Shown here: piece by piece, positions 8,102-17,837 of the stretch | Layout: each line of letters begins with the position of its first letter | Numbering within the stretch: position 1 is the first letter of the stretch | NCBI GenBank assembly: GCA_964385305.1 | Contig: CAYLOP010000003.1 | Coordinates: 1-63,310 of the forward strand | Length of the DNA: 63,310 nt | Origin: an uncultured Anaerolineaceae bacterium | GTDB taxonomy: Bacteria > Chloroflexota > Anaerolineae > Anaerolineales > E44-bin32 | Direction of reading: 5' to 3' | The notes under the pieces: model-generated | Databases searched by the model: none | Told to the model about the DNA's origin: nothing | The model's input: only the letters and a program-made list of their open reading frames with translations | Made by a program: the position numbers and the translations under genes

Positions 8102-11100
8102 GTGAAGGAGGAAGTTTTTTCGATTATGGATGATCGAAGTGCCCGTATCTATGAAGGCCAGGCGCAATCGATAGCGTACCAGGAGGAACTCAATCTCCTG
8201 CGCGAAGTACGCGAATGTGTCATCCGAGCGGATGAAAGTGAGCGAATGATACAGGAGATTTGCGACATCATCGTCCGCTCATCAGATCTTTCCTTCGTAT
8301 GGATGGGACTGCGACGGGGTGAGCACGATGAACGTTTCTTCGCTGTGCATCCCTCAGATCGATCTGATACCATAACCTCCCTTTTAGAAGCATGCGAATT
8401 ATATTTCATGCACGGAAACCCGATCGCGATCTCAGAGAATAACCCTGAAATTATCCAGGATCTGTCCGCTCATTCGAAAGGCGATTCTCTCTGGGCTCAA
8501 GCAGCCACATACGGATATCGCTCTGCAGTGTCGATTCCCGTTCGAATTGATACGATCCCAACGGGTACTTTTATTGTCCTGTCCGCGCAACCAAACGTTT
8601 TCGATAGCAAAAGGATCGACCTCCTTCAAATGATTTTGGACGATCTATCCGTGGGCCTTCGTAAAATCGGTTTCAAGGAACAGCATGCGCGCTTGATGCG
8701 AGAAATCGGTGAGATCAGCCGGCTCTCCGTTGAGAAGATTTCTCATGATGATGCAACACGATACCTGCATTCCATCTTGGTCAGGGTGACGGATTTGCTG
8801 GGCGGCAGTGGGGGTGGTTTGTACCTTTGCGATCCGGATGGGGAGCGAATCCGCTGCGTTGTAAGCTATGGAACCTCGAAAGATTACTCTGGGACAGTCT
8901 TGGAACAGGGCGAAGGCGCTGCGGGCATGGTCGCACGGTCGGGTGAAACCCTTTTGATCACAGATTACCCTCAATGGCCAAATCGAGCGGATGCAAATGC
9001 GGAAGACCCCAACTTACACACGGTTGCGGCTGTGCCCATGAAGTGGCAAGGCGATGTCATTGGCGTCATCCAAGTCTTCCGTACGGAAGACAAGCCATCC
9101 TTCTCGCAAGATGAGCTTGACACGCTCGTCATGTTTGCCAATCAGGCGGCCATTGTATTTCAGAATACTCGGCTGCTTGAAGATGCTTGGGGGCGTGCTG
9201 GCCAACTAGAACGCTTGAGTGAGGTGACCCGAGCAGTCATCAGTACGCCTAATTTGGATGCGTTGGTCACACTAATTGCCAAGCAGATGGCGCAACTTGT
9301 AGATGCCGATAGTTGCCTCGTCGACCTCTGGGACCCGGAAAGATATACTGCGGTCCATGCCGGTGAGTTTGGCGCGATGGGCGGAACGCTACGACAGCTA
9401 CGTGACATGAATGATCGGATGTCGCTTACCGAACGTGTATTGCGCGCTGCCAGTCCTTTGATATTTGATGATCTAAATGACGAATTGCTGACCGATCCTG
9501 CCGTCGCGGAATTGCTCCAAACCTGCAACATCGCGGCGCTTCCGCTCATTGTAGGAGAACAATGGCTGGGTGCGGTTGTTCTCTGTCGTGTGGACCCGTC
9601 GCGCCGATACACGCGCGAAGAGTTGAGCATTTGTGAACTGGCCTCGGGTCAAGTAGCGCTGGCGTTAGCGAAGGCGCGGGCTTTGGAGAGCGAACGCATG
9701 CGCATCCAGGAGCTGGAGGCATTGCGGCAAGCCAGTCTGAGTGTGACCTCGAGCTTGGAACTTCAAACGGTTTTGGAAGCGATCCTTGCACACACCCTTA
9801 GGCTTGTGGCGGCGGATGATGCGCATATCTTTCTCTACGACGGGCAGCAGCTCACTTTTGGTGCGGTGCGTTGGGCAGAACTTATTGAGCGTGAGGCTTA
9901 CTCGGAACCGCGCGAAGACGGTTTGACTTACAAAGTTGCCCGTACAGGTGAACGGGTTGTGATCCCTGATGTAAATAAGCATCCGCTGTTCTCCCGATGG
10001 ACATGGGGCGGGGCGATTGTAGGTTTGCCATTGAAGATTGGAGAGCGAGTTGTAGGGGTGATGAATATTGCCATCGACCAACCCCATGATTTCACGGATG
10101 CGGAATTGCGCGTCTTGGAGTTACTCGCTGATCAAGCGGCAATCGCGATCGAGAATGTGCGCCTCTTTGAGCGAAGCGATGCGGAGCGGCTAAGGGTTCA
10201 ATTGCTCTACGATGTGGCTCAGGAATTAGGCCAAACACTCAATCCAGACGAAATTCTACAACGAGCAATAGAACTTACATGCGCCAACCTTGGTGGGATC
10301 GCGGGAGAGGCTTTTTTAATTGAGTCTGGCACGGATAGGTTGCGCGTCATCGGCTCCATCCGCGAGGATGGGGTCTCTACTAGAGAATTGGATGCGCGTG
10401 TGGCTTCGACTTTTGGTAAGGGCCTTGCCAGCTGGGTAGCAGAGCATGCCGCAGCTGTCAACCTGGAGGACGTGCGGGAAGACGAGCGTTGGTACTCCGT
10501 CCCGGGACTGGACGAGGATGTCGGTTCTGCAATCTACGCTCCTGTGTTTATCGACGGGGATGTGATTGGAGTCATCGCTGTTTTTCATCGGGAGCTTCAA
10601 GCCTTCGAACAGGAGCACCTGGATCTATTGATCGCCATCAGCCATCAGATTGGCTTGGCACTCTCCAATGCATATCGCTATCAGCAAATCGATCGGCGCT
10701 TGGCTGAATTGACCGCAATTGGACAAGTTGCTCAGGTTGTCAATCGAAGATTGGAAATGCAAACGCTTCTAGAAGAAGTTGTGCAGCAAGTGGGCAGTGT
10801 ACTCGGATACCCGATTGTAGAGATCTACCTGGTCGATGGAGACGAATTAGTTTTAGGCGCGGCAAGGGGCGGCTTGATGGACAAGGCCGCCCGATTTCCT
10901 TTCTCCCATGGATTAGTCGGCCGAGCAGTTCGTACAAATGAAGCGGTTTATGCGCCTGATGTGACGAAGGCAACTGATTACTTCCCGGCATGGCGTGAGA
11001 CAAAATCCGAGATCGTCGTACCTCTCTGTAAGGAAAATATGGTGATCGGCGCGCTTAATGTTGAAACCCCGCTAGTGGGTGGATTGACGGAGGACGATCT

Positions 11101-11953
11101 CCGTCTGATAAGTTTATTGGCGGACAACATTTCGGTCGCCGTTGAAAAAGCTGCGCTCTATGGGCGATTGCGCCAGTATGCAGAGGAGCTTGAGAATACG
11201 GTCGCATCTCGAACTGGGGAACTTGCTACTGCGCTCGAACAGGCGCAAGAGGCAGATAAACTCAAGACACGCTTTGTGTCTGATGTTTCACATGAATTAC
11301 GCACACCCCTCAGTAATATTTTGCTGTATTTAGAACTGCTTGCAAGCGGTCCGAAAGAGCGATTTAACGCCTACCTGGCGACATTGAATAGAGAGACAAA
11401 TCGCTTGGTGACATTAATTGAGGATCTCTTGACTGTCTCTCGCCTCGATGCGGGATCGGCGAGCATAGAACCCGTACTTCTTAATCTGAACGAACTTGCG
11501 GAGAGCCTTGTTGAAGATCGACGCCGCTTGTTTGCTGAGAAGGACTTAGGCATCGATATTGAGCTTCATCAGGATTTACCATTGGTTAGGGCGGATCAAA
11601 AGATGCTCTCGCAGGTTGTTGCAAATCTTATGACGAACGCGATGCATTACACGCCTGCAGGAGGGCGTGTTTTAATTCGTACGGGCATAGAACATGAAGG
11701 CGAGTCGGATTGGGTTACCCTGAGTGTAATCGATTCAGGGTTAGGTATTCCATTAGAGGAGCAAGATCAGGTTTTCCAGCGCTTTTTCCGTGGCTCAGCG
11801 AGTACGAGGATGGGAAATCCAGGGACCGGTTTGGGTCTCTCGATATGCAGAGAGATCATCCAGCGTCACGATGGCAAGATCAAGGTGCAGAGTGAGGTGG
11901 GGCACGGCAGCTCGTTCATTTTATTGCTGCCGCACGCCGAGCGAACATCATAA
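8102..11953 (+). CDS. Multi-GAF sensor histidine kinase (six GAF-like modules plus HisKA and HATPase_c)
   Basis: 1283 aa. Six repeats of the GAF C-terminal pattern are visible (for example AVPMKWQGDVIGVIQVF, GLPLKIGERVVGVMNIA, YAPVFIDGDVIGVIAVF). H-box SHELRTPLSNI; G-box GTGLGLSICREI. Confidence 0.9.
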   Translation: MKEEVFSIMDDRSARIYEGQAQSIAYQEELNLLREVRECVIRADESERMIQEICDIIVRSSDLSFVWMGLRRGEHDERFFAVHPSDRSDTITSLLEACELYFMHGNPIAISENNPEIIQDLSAHSKGDSLWAQAATYGYRSAVSIPVRIDTIPTGTFIVLSAQPNVFDSKRIDLLQMILDDLSVGLRKIGFKEQHARLMREIGEISRLSVEKISHDDATRYLHSILVRVTDLLGGSGGGLYLCDPDGERIRCVVSYGTSKDYSGTVLEQGEGAAGMVARSGETLLITDYPQWPNRADANAEDPNLHTVAAVPMKWQGDVIGVIQVFRTEDKPSFSQDELDTLVMFANQAAIVFQNTRLLEDAWGRAGQLERLSEVTRAVISTPNLDALVTLIAKQMAQLVDADSCLVDLWDPERYTAVHAGEFGAMGGTLRQLRDMNDRMSLTERVLRAASPLIFDDLNDELLTDPAVAELLQTCNIAALPLIVGEQWLGAVVLCRVDPSRRYTREELSICELASGQVALALAKARALESERMRIQELEALRQASLSVTSSLELQTVLEAILAHTLRLVAADDAHIFLYDGQQLTFGAVRWAELIEREAYSEPREDGLTYKVARTGERVVIPDVNKHPLFSRWTWGGAIVGLPLKIGERVVGVMNIAIDQPHDFTDAELRVLELLADQAAIAIENVRLFERSDAERLRVQLLYDVAQELGQTLNPDEILQRAIELTCANLGGIAGEAFLIESGTDRLRVIGSIREDGVSTRELDARVASTFGKGLASWVAEHAAAVNLEDVREDERWYSVPGLDEDVGSAIYAPVFIDGDVIGVIAVFHRELQAFEQEHLDLLIAISHQIGLALSNAYRYQQIDRRLAELTAIGQVAQVVNRRLEMQTLLEEVVQQVGSVLGYPIVEIYLVDGDELVLGAARGGLMDKAARFPFSHGLVGRAVRTNEAVYAPDVTKATDYFPAWRETKSEIVVPLCKENMVIGALNVETPLVGGLTEDDLRLISLLADNISVAVEKAALYGRLRQYAEELENTVASRTGELATALEQAQEADKLKTRFVSDVSHELRTPLSNILLYLELLASGPKERFNAYLATLNRETNRLVTLIEDLLTVSRLDAGSASIEPVLLNLNELAESLVEDRRRLFAEKDLGIDIELHQDLPLVRADQKMLSQVVANLMTNAMHYTPAGGRVLIRTGIEHEGESDWVTLSVIDSGLGIPLEEQDQVFQRFFRGSASTRMGNPGTGLGLSICREIIQRHDGKIKVQSEVGHGSSFILLLPHAERTS

Positions 11954-11983
11954 TTGAACACGGATTGGAATAAACGATCACCC

Positions 11984-13066
11984 TCAACCGATCCCACATG
12001 CCTGATAAATCTTCCTCATATCCACATTTTCGCTCATAAGCTTCATAAACGCATCAATCTTTTCAGGTTGCCCCAAGCGAGTTTTTCCGTATACGCTCTC
12101 GACAATGTTGACGGTCTCCATTGTATTCTGCTGAACCAATAACACGGGGACCTTGAGAGATTCCGCTTGCTGGATGATCAATGGGCTGGGGCGAAGATTA
12201 CCGGTGAGAATTAAGACGATGGTTGAGGTTTCCAATGCCGCGAGCTGGATGTCCGTTCTGTCACCACCTGTGATAACAGCTTTGCTCGGATAACGGCGGA
12301 AGCGAGAGAGCGCCGCTTGAGCGGTCATTGCCCCTACGGTAAAAGTTTCCACCAGTGCGTCCGGGTTGAAATACTCCGTGAGCACCTCTGCCTCCAGAAC
12401 ATCTTTCAACTCTCCAACACTCAAGGCAGAGAGCATCGGGACACTCGGTAAGCAGCCCAGAACGCAAATCCCCGCGTCCTCGAGGCAAGGTCGTGCATAA
12501 TCTTCTACGAAGGGTTTTGCTTCTTCTGGAACCCGGTTAAGAATCACGCCGCATAATTGCTCGCCCAGACGGAATTGTGCGGTGAGCGCATCATCGACCA
12601 GACGCATTTCGCCATGGAACGGTACGATGACGAGTGCAGGCGCGGCCAGCATTTCTGCGACACGCAAATTGGACAACCCCATCGCGTAGCCTTCGCGCAG
12701 GCTCGCACCACCCTCAAGCAAGAGCACGTCTTTGTCCCTTCCAAGTGTCTCTGCAGTCTCTCTGATCTTCTTCATGAGACCGTCTTCCTCAAGATCCAAC
12801 TTGCACTGGAGTCGCTCGCGAAGTGTGGATTGCGTGACGATCACTGCGGAAGCCTCTATCGGGTCCCCCGGTAAATTCAGGCTCCTATGCACAAAGACCG
12901 CATCTTCGTCAGCAAGTTTCCCTTCCGGGGTTCGCCAAGGTTGCGTGCTCACGGGTTTGAGATAGCCGATTTTGTAACCATCGGCTTGTAGATGTAAGCC
13001 CAACGCCAGGCAAACGGCCGTCTTCCCAGAGTAAGGCTCGACTGAGGTGATATATAAGGCATTCAT
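11984..13066 (-). CDS. Phosphotransacetylase-family protein containing only the BioD-like and DRTGG N-terminal domains (no PTA_PTB catalytic domain)
   Basis: 360 aa. N-terminal MNALYITSVEPYSGKTAVCLALGL...GYLKPV is a BioD-like P-loop. ITGGDRTDIQLAAL...LILTGNLRPSP...VPVLLV is the DRTGG pattern. It overlaps the upstream gene by 4 nt (ATGA). Confidence 0.7.
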   Translation of the reverse strand: MNALYITSVEPYSGKTAVCLALGLHLQADGYKIGYLKPVSTQPWRTPEGKLADEDAVFVHRSLNLPGDPIEASAVIVTQSTLRERLQCKLDLEEDGLMKKIRETAETLGRDKDVLLLEGGASLREGYAMGLSNLRVAEMLAAPALVIVPFHGEMRLVDDALTAQFRLGEQLCGVILNRVPEEAKPFVEDYARPCLEDAGICVLGCLPSVPMLSALSVGELKDVLEAEVLTEYFNPDALVETFTVGAMTAQAALSRFRRYPSKAVITGGDRTDIQLAALETSTIVLILTGNLRPSPLIIQQAESLKVPVLLVQQNTMETVNIVESVYGKTRLGQPEKIDAFMKLMSENVDMRKIYQACGIG

Positions 13067-15216
13067 GATGAACTCCCTGTTGATCCGTATTCCCTGGTCG
13101 GTTGACTCACTTCAGGCTTGATGACGAGGCGCATATCGATCGCGACGCCGCCGTGTCCCTGATCATAAACAACGAAGGGGTTAATGTCGAGTTCTGCGAT
13201 ATCAGGAAAGTCTATGACGAGTTGACTAATCCGAAGGAGAGCATCGATGAGTGCATCTTTGTCCTTCGGTGGTTGACCTCGAACGCCATCCAGGAGGGCG
13301 TGGGTTTTGATTTCCGAGAGCATCTGCTCAGCTTCTCTTGGTGAGAAGGGCGCAACTCGGAAGGATACGTCCTTGAGGATCTCGACATAGATTCCGCCTA
13401 AGCCAAAGGTCACGAGTGGGCCAAACTGGGGATCCCGGTTCATGCCGATAAGGATCTCCAGGCCTGAAGGCACCATTTTTTGGACTAGACAACCCCAAAG
13501 ACGAGCTTCGGGGAGGTAGCGCTGAGAACGATAGGTGATCAGGTCGAAGGCGTCTCGCACATCGGAGGTGTTTTGCAAGCCCACCTTCACGCCGCCCACA
13601 TCAGTTTTATGGAGGATGTCTGGGGAGGCGATTTTCATGACCACTGGGTATCCAATTTCCTCAGCGAATTCAACGGCTTCCTCGGGTGTTTTCGCAAGTT
13701 TTGAGTCCGGGATCGTGAAATCGTAAGCTTCCAGGATCGTGCGTGCCTCGGCATCTCCGATGGTAACTCGCCCCTCAGCCAGGGCGTTATCTATCGTTTC
13801 TCGCACCGCGCTCTTATCCACTTTAAAAGTCTTGTACGTGGGGATAGGCTCTGCCTGGAAGGTACGGTAGGTGCTCATCGCTTTGTAGACCATAGCCGCA
13901 CGCTCGGGGAACGCGAAGTTGGGAACTCTATTCTCCTCGAGGATGGATGCGCCCACTTCAACTCGTGCTTCGCCCATGAAGCAGCCCATAACGGGCACAC
14001 CAACTTTTTTAGCAAGTTCTGCTACCACTTTTGCAGTTTCTGCGATCTCCGTCATGGCTTGGGGGGTGAGAATGACCAAGACACCGTCGACATTCGGATC
14101 GGCCGTAACTTTTTCAAGCGCGAAGCGGTAGCGGTCGGCTCGTGCGTCACCGAGTACATCGACTGGATTGGCAGCACTGGCCGCGTCTGGCAGGAATTGT
14201 TCCAATGCTCGGATGCATTCGGTTTCGAAGCGGGCAAGACGGAGGCCGGCGCGCTCGAGTGCGTCTGTAGCAAGGATGCCTGGTCCGCCAGCGTTGGTGA
14301 CAATGGCGATTCGATCCCCTTTAAGCGGAGGGAGATAGCCAAACGCCATGGCGTCGTCAAAGAGATCCTGTAACGAATCTGCCCTTATGACGCCCGCCTG
14401 ACGGAACGCAGCTTGGTAGGCCTGTTCGGATCCTGCCAATGAACCTGTGTGGGAGCTTACGGCACGCGAGCCGGCTTGGGTGATACCTGATTTGAGAGCG
14501 ATGACCGGTTTTCTCTTTGAGACTTCTCGAGCTACCCGTATAAATTCCTGGCCGTCAGGCAACCCCTCGATATAGCAGAGGATGACGCGTGATGAGGGGT
14601 CATGCCCCCACATTTGGAGAAGATCGGTCTCGCTGACATCGGCTTTGTTTCCAAGCGAAACAAATTTGTTGAGGCCGAGCCTCCCAGCTTGCGCCCAATC
14701 GAGGATCGCGGTGCCTAAGGCGCCGGATTGCGACATGAAATCCATGGGGCCTTCTGGTGGAAGACCAGCGGAGAAGGATGCGTTGAGCGGTGTAGCTGTA
14801 TCAATCACACCGAGGCAGTTTGGGCCGATCAATCGGATATCGAACTCCTTGGCGATCTCCAACAACTCGAGCTCACGTTCCAAGCCTTCCGAACCGGCCT
14901 CGCGAAAGCCTGCACTAATGACAATTGCAGCGGGAATGCCTTTCTCCCCACAGGTTCGCAAGGCATCTGGAACGTAAGGATAGGGAATAACAAGCACAGC
15001 AAGATCGATGGGATCAGGAACCTCAGTAACAGATGGGTACGCCTGGATATCGAGAATTTTGTCCGCTTTAGGGTTGATTGGGTAAACACGGCGATCGTTT
15101 GACAGGTAGCCCCCATGGATGAGATTTTCAAGGACTGCGTATCCCAATTTCGTTGGGTTTGTTGAGGCACCAATCACAGCTACAGATGCAGGTTTAAAAA
15201 AACAATTGAGTGACAC
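13063..15216 (-). CDS. ADP-forming acetyl-CoA synthetase (acetate-CoA ligase, fused alpha/beta)
   Basis: 717 aa. FFKPASVAVIGASTNPTKLGYAV is a CoA-binding Rossmann fold. Succinyl-CoA-ligase-like middle region and C-terminal ATP-grasp (YPVVMKIASPDILHKTDVGGV). Confidence 0.85.
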   Translation of the reverse strand: MSLNCFFKPASVAVIGASTNPTKLGYAVLENLIHGGYLSNDRRVYPINPKADKILDIQAYPSVTEVPDPIDLAVLVIPYPYVPDALRTCGEKGIPAAIVISAGFREAGSEGLERELELLEIAKEFDIRLIGPNCLGVIDTATPLNASFSAGLPPEGPMDFMSQSGALGTAILDWAQAGRLGLNKFVSLGNKADVSETDLLQMWGHDPSSRVILCYIEGLPDGQEFIRVAREVSKRKPVIALKSGITQAGSRAVSSHTGSLAGSEQAYQAAFRQAGVIRADSLQDLFDDAMAFGYLPPLKGDRIAIVTNAGGPGILATDALERAGLRLARFETECIRALEQFLPDAASAANPVDVLGDARADRYRFALEKVTADPNVDGVLVILTPQAMTEIAETAKVVAELAKKVGVPVMGCFMGEARVEVGASILEENRVPNFAFPERAAMVYKAMSTYRTFQAEPIPTYKTFKVDKSAVRETIDNALAEGRVTIGDAEARTILEAYDFTIPDSKLAKTPEEAVEFAEEIGYPVVMKIASPDILHKTDVGGVKVGLQNTSDVRDAFDLITYRSQRYLPEARLWGCLVQKMVPSGLEILIGMNRDPQFGPLVTFGLGGIYVEILKDVSFRVAPFSPREAEQMLSEIKTHALLDGVRGQPPKDKDALIDALLRISQLVIDFPDIAELDINPFVVYDQGHGGVAIDMRLVIKPEVSQPTREYGSTGSSS

Positions 15217-15354
15217 TGTGTATTCTCCACATGATAACCGTTAGTGTACTCCCAATTAAGGCATGGCTCAATGGAGAATGATCATACCCCTTGGGTTATC
15301 TGTACTAAACCCACCTTGACTTTCGGCATGGGAATAGGGATGATGCGATTAATG

Positions 15355-16005
15355 CTAATGGGTTGTGAGTTCAGCAACGGGCGCGTAGGAGCGGCGGTGT
15401 ATAGGACACGGGCCTAGGCGCTGCAAGGCATGGCGATGGTAGGATGTTCCGTATCCTTTGTGACGTGAAAAGCCATAACCTGGGAAGCGTTCATCAAAGG
15501 CAACCATGGCATGGTCGCGAGCCACTTTGGCAATCACGGAAGCCGCTGCGATAGTGAGAACGCGAGTATCGCCATGTGGTAACGGGGTTTGGGGAAGAGG
15601 GATATCGGGCAGGCCAATATGGTCGATGAGAAGATGCTCCGCTGGTACACACAGTGCAGCGAGAGCCCTGGTCATAGCTAGTCGCGTGGCAGAGATCAAG
15701 CCGAAGTTATCTACTTCTTGTGCAGATGATTGCCCCACGCCAATGGCAGGTGCAATTTTTGCGATTTGTATTGCCCATTTCTCTCGCTGCGTGGGGGTCA
15801 TTTGTTTCGAATCGCGCACGCCATCGAGACAACATGCCAAGTCAAATCGTTTGATGGGAAGGATGACTGCAGCTGCGTAAACTGGTCCCGCCCACGCTCC
15901 ACGACCAGCTTCATCCAGACCAGCTATATGCATTACGCCGGATCGCAGCAGACCGAGTTCAAACGAGAGATCGGGGCGCAGTTGCGGCTTATCACGGAGC
16001 GCCAT
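15355..16005 (-). CDS. rnhB: Ribonuclease HII
   Basis: IAGLDEAGRGAWAGPV motif. The ORF track extends to 16215, but ATG 16005 (MALRDKP) is preceded by GAGGG and avoids a long overlap with the upstream gene. Confidence 0.85.
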   Translation of the reverse strand: MALRDKPQLRPDLSFELGLLRSGVMHIAGLDEAGRGAWAGPVYAAAVILPIKRFDLACCLDGVRDSKQMTPTQREKWAIQIAKIAPAIGVGQSSAQEVDNFGLISATRLAMTRALAALCVPAEHLLIDHIGLPDIPLPQTPLPHGDTRVLTIAAASVIAKVARDHAMVAFDERFPGYGFSRHKGYGTSYHRHALQRLGPCPIHRRSYAPVAELTTH

Positions 16006-16717
16006 ACAGCCCTCGATGCCAATTCTGGCGGATGTGTATAAGATCAGTAAACATCTTAAATGCATCCCGGATGATGTGGATCCGACTTCCAGGGTTGTAG
16101 TACCACGGAATGGGGACTTCCACAATTCGATAGCCGCGCTGGATTGCGATGAAAAGAACCTCAACATCGAAGGTCCAACCATCAATTTGCTGTATGCGGA
16201 AGAGATCATCCACATGTTCGGCGCGGAAGCACTTAAAGCCGCATTGTGTGTCGTGGATGCCAGGGACAGCGATCAGTCGAACAAGCCAGTTAAAAGCCCT
16301 TCCGATGAAGTGGCGGTAGAGCGGCTCTCCATACCGTACTGCGCCGGGGACTTCTCGGGAGGCGATGGCGATGTCAAAGTTTTGTAAATTCGGAGGCAGG
16401 AAGCGGTTGATCTCTTCAATAGGCATGGAGAGGTCGGCATCACAGATGAAGCGATAATCCCCATTTGCTTCGAGCATACCCCTACGGACAGCCAAACCTT
16501 TTCCAGCTCGTGCTTCCCGTATGAGGTGAAGGTTGTCGTGGCGTTCTGCGAAGGACTGTGCGATCTCCGCTGTACGGTCGTGGCTGCCGTTTTCAACAAT
16601 GATAATCTCGGCTTGGTATGGCTGCTCTTGCAAGAAACCGAGCACCATTTTCAAACTTTTAGGAAGGCGGTGCTCTTCATTATGGGCGGGTATGATGATT
16701 GAGAGGAAAGGTCGCAA
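15992..16717 (-). CDS. Family-2 glycosyltransferase (dolichyl/polyprenyl-phosphate glycosyltransferase-like)
   Basis: 241 aa. LSIIIPAHNEE N-terminus and CDADLSMP (DxD) motif. Confidence 0.8.
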   Translation of the reverse strand: MRPFLSIIIPAHNEEHRLPKSLKMVLGFLQEQPYQAEIIIVENGSHDRTAEIAQSFAERHDNLHLIREARAGKGLAVRRGMLEANGDYRFICDADLSMPIEEINRFLPPNLQNFDIAIASREVPGAVRYGEPLYRHFIGRAFNWLVRLIAVPGIHDTQCGFKCFRAEHVDDLFRIQQIDGWTFDVEVLFIAIQRGYRIVEVPIPWYYNPGSRIHIIRDAFKMFTDLIHIRQNWHRGLYGAP

Positions 16718-16747
16718 GCTTCACCTTTTGACCATGGTTTTATGAGG

Positions 16748-17638
16748 TTATGTGTAGAACGTGTTGACGATAACGAGTGCAAAGAGGATGAGAATGATGA
16801 CAAATTCGAAAAACGCTATTGAACCAAGCAAGATCCACTGTGATTTAGTCAAGGGAAAGCGTTCGAGCCAGGATGTGATGAAGAGGGGCACTTCCATGTG
16901 CTCTGGCTCCGACACGTAAAATTCGCTCGCATCAACGGCATGTGAAGGTATCGGGGTCGGTTCCAACACTGGTTTGAACGCCATGTCGGGGGCAACCTCG
17001 GGCATATCTTCCGGTTCGGGCAGCGTTGGGTTAATGAGGGCATCGGTGAGTTCGTGTATGTCATCCGTATCCATGATCGGAGGAAATTTCAGTAGATTTG
17101 CTGCGAAGTGCTCGATGGCATCGGTCTGGACAATGCGAGCCCGGGGGCGTGCTTGATCGATGTGCGCGTGGGGATTGGTGAAGATCATGACAGGTTCAAC
17201 TTCGGGCAAGTCGTAGCCAAGTTCACGGAAATAATGGTGGATCACTTGGGCCATCCGCACCGTTTCGGCTTGTGGGTTGGAAGAAGCTCTTTGGAACCTG
17301 CGCGCGCGGCTATTGAATGTTTGCCACTCTTCACCTTTCGCGCGGAACACGCCACGAACGGGAATGGGATTAAGAACGCGGGCACCTTGGGGACTCAATA
17401 GTACCATGGGTATCAAGAACGTTGTACCAGGGAGGACAATATTTCGGATGAGTGTATGATCTTCGCCGAGGCTTCTGTTTAGTCTGTGTGTGGTGAAATC
17501 CTGAGCTTGCATTTTGCTATACCATGACAGGCCATATCTCAAGCTTCCCCGGATACGATTCTCAAGGCTGATGGCACCATCTTCATCCCGAAATTCCGAT
17601 TGATCAATCATATTCATACGCATTCCCCTACTACGCAC
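16748..17638 (-). CDS. Tail-anchored membrane protein with a NERD-like N-terminal domain
   Basis: 296 aa. IRNIVLPGTTFLIPMVLLSPQGARVLNPIPVRGVFRAKGEEWQTF...NPQAETVRMAQVIHHYF follows the NERD layout, though the catalytic residues are unclear. Pro-rich linker. C-terminal TM segment ILLGSIAFFEFVIILILFALVIV. Confidence 0.4.
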   Translation of the reverse strand: MRSRGMRMNMIDQSEFRDEDGAISLENRIRGSLRYGLSWYSKMQAQDFTTHRLNRSLGEDHTLIRNIVLPGTTFLIPMVLLSPQGARVLNPIPVRGVFRAKGEEWQTFNSRARRFQRASSNPQAETVRMAQVIHHYFRELGYDLPEVEPVMIFTNPHAHIDQARPRARIVQTDAIEHFAANLLKFPPIMDTDDIHELTDALINPTLPEPEDMPEVAPDMAFKPVLEPTPIPSHAVDASEFYVSEPEHMEVPLFITSWLERFPLTKSQWILLGSIAFFEFVIILILFALVIVNTFYT

Positions 17639-17837
17639 ACTACGCGCTTATCTGAAAATGAAATAATACGGATGTTGGTGGAAAGCGTCCTGCCGTGATC
17701 ATTACCCCAGGGCTGTTTTAAGGCCTCACTGGGGCGTTTATTCAAGTGTGCGCATTCTTCATTATAAGTCAGTCGGACCAGGAGACAAGTCGAGCCGACA
17801 TAGATGGTGTTCGCGGATATAATCGAGATGGAGAGAG

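Noticed and set aside
16006-16215. N-terminal 70-codon extension of the rnhB ORF (similar extensions occur for the ORFs ending at 24076, 38997, 50626, 56355, 60207, 62987 and 29355)
   Set aside because: The extensions overlap upstream genes or lack an SD. Internal starts have SD sequences and reproduce the canonical family N-termini.
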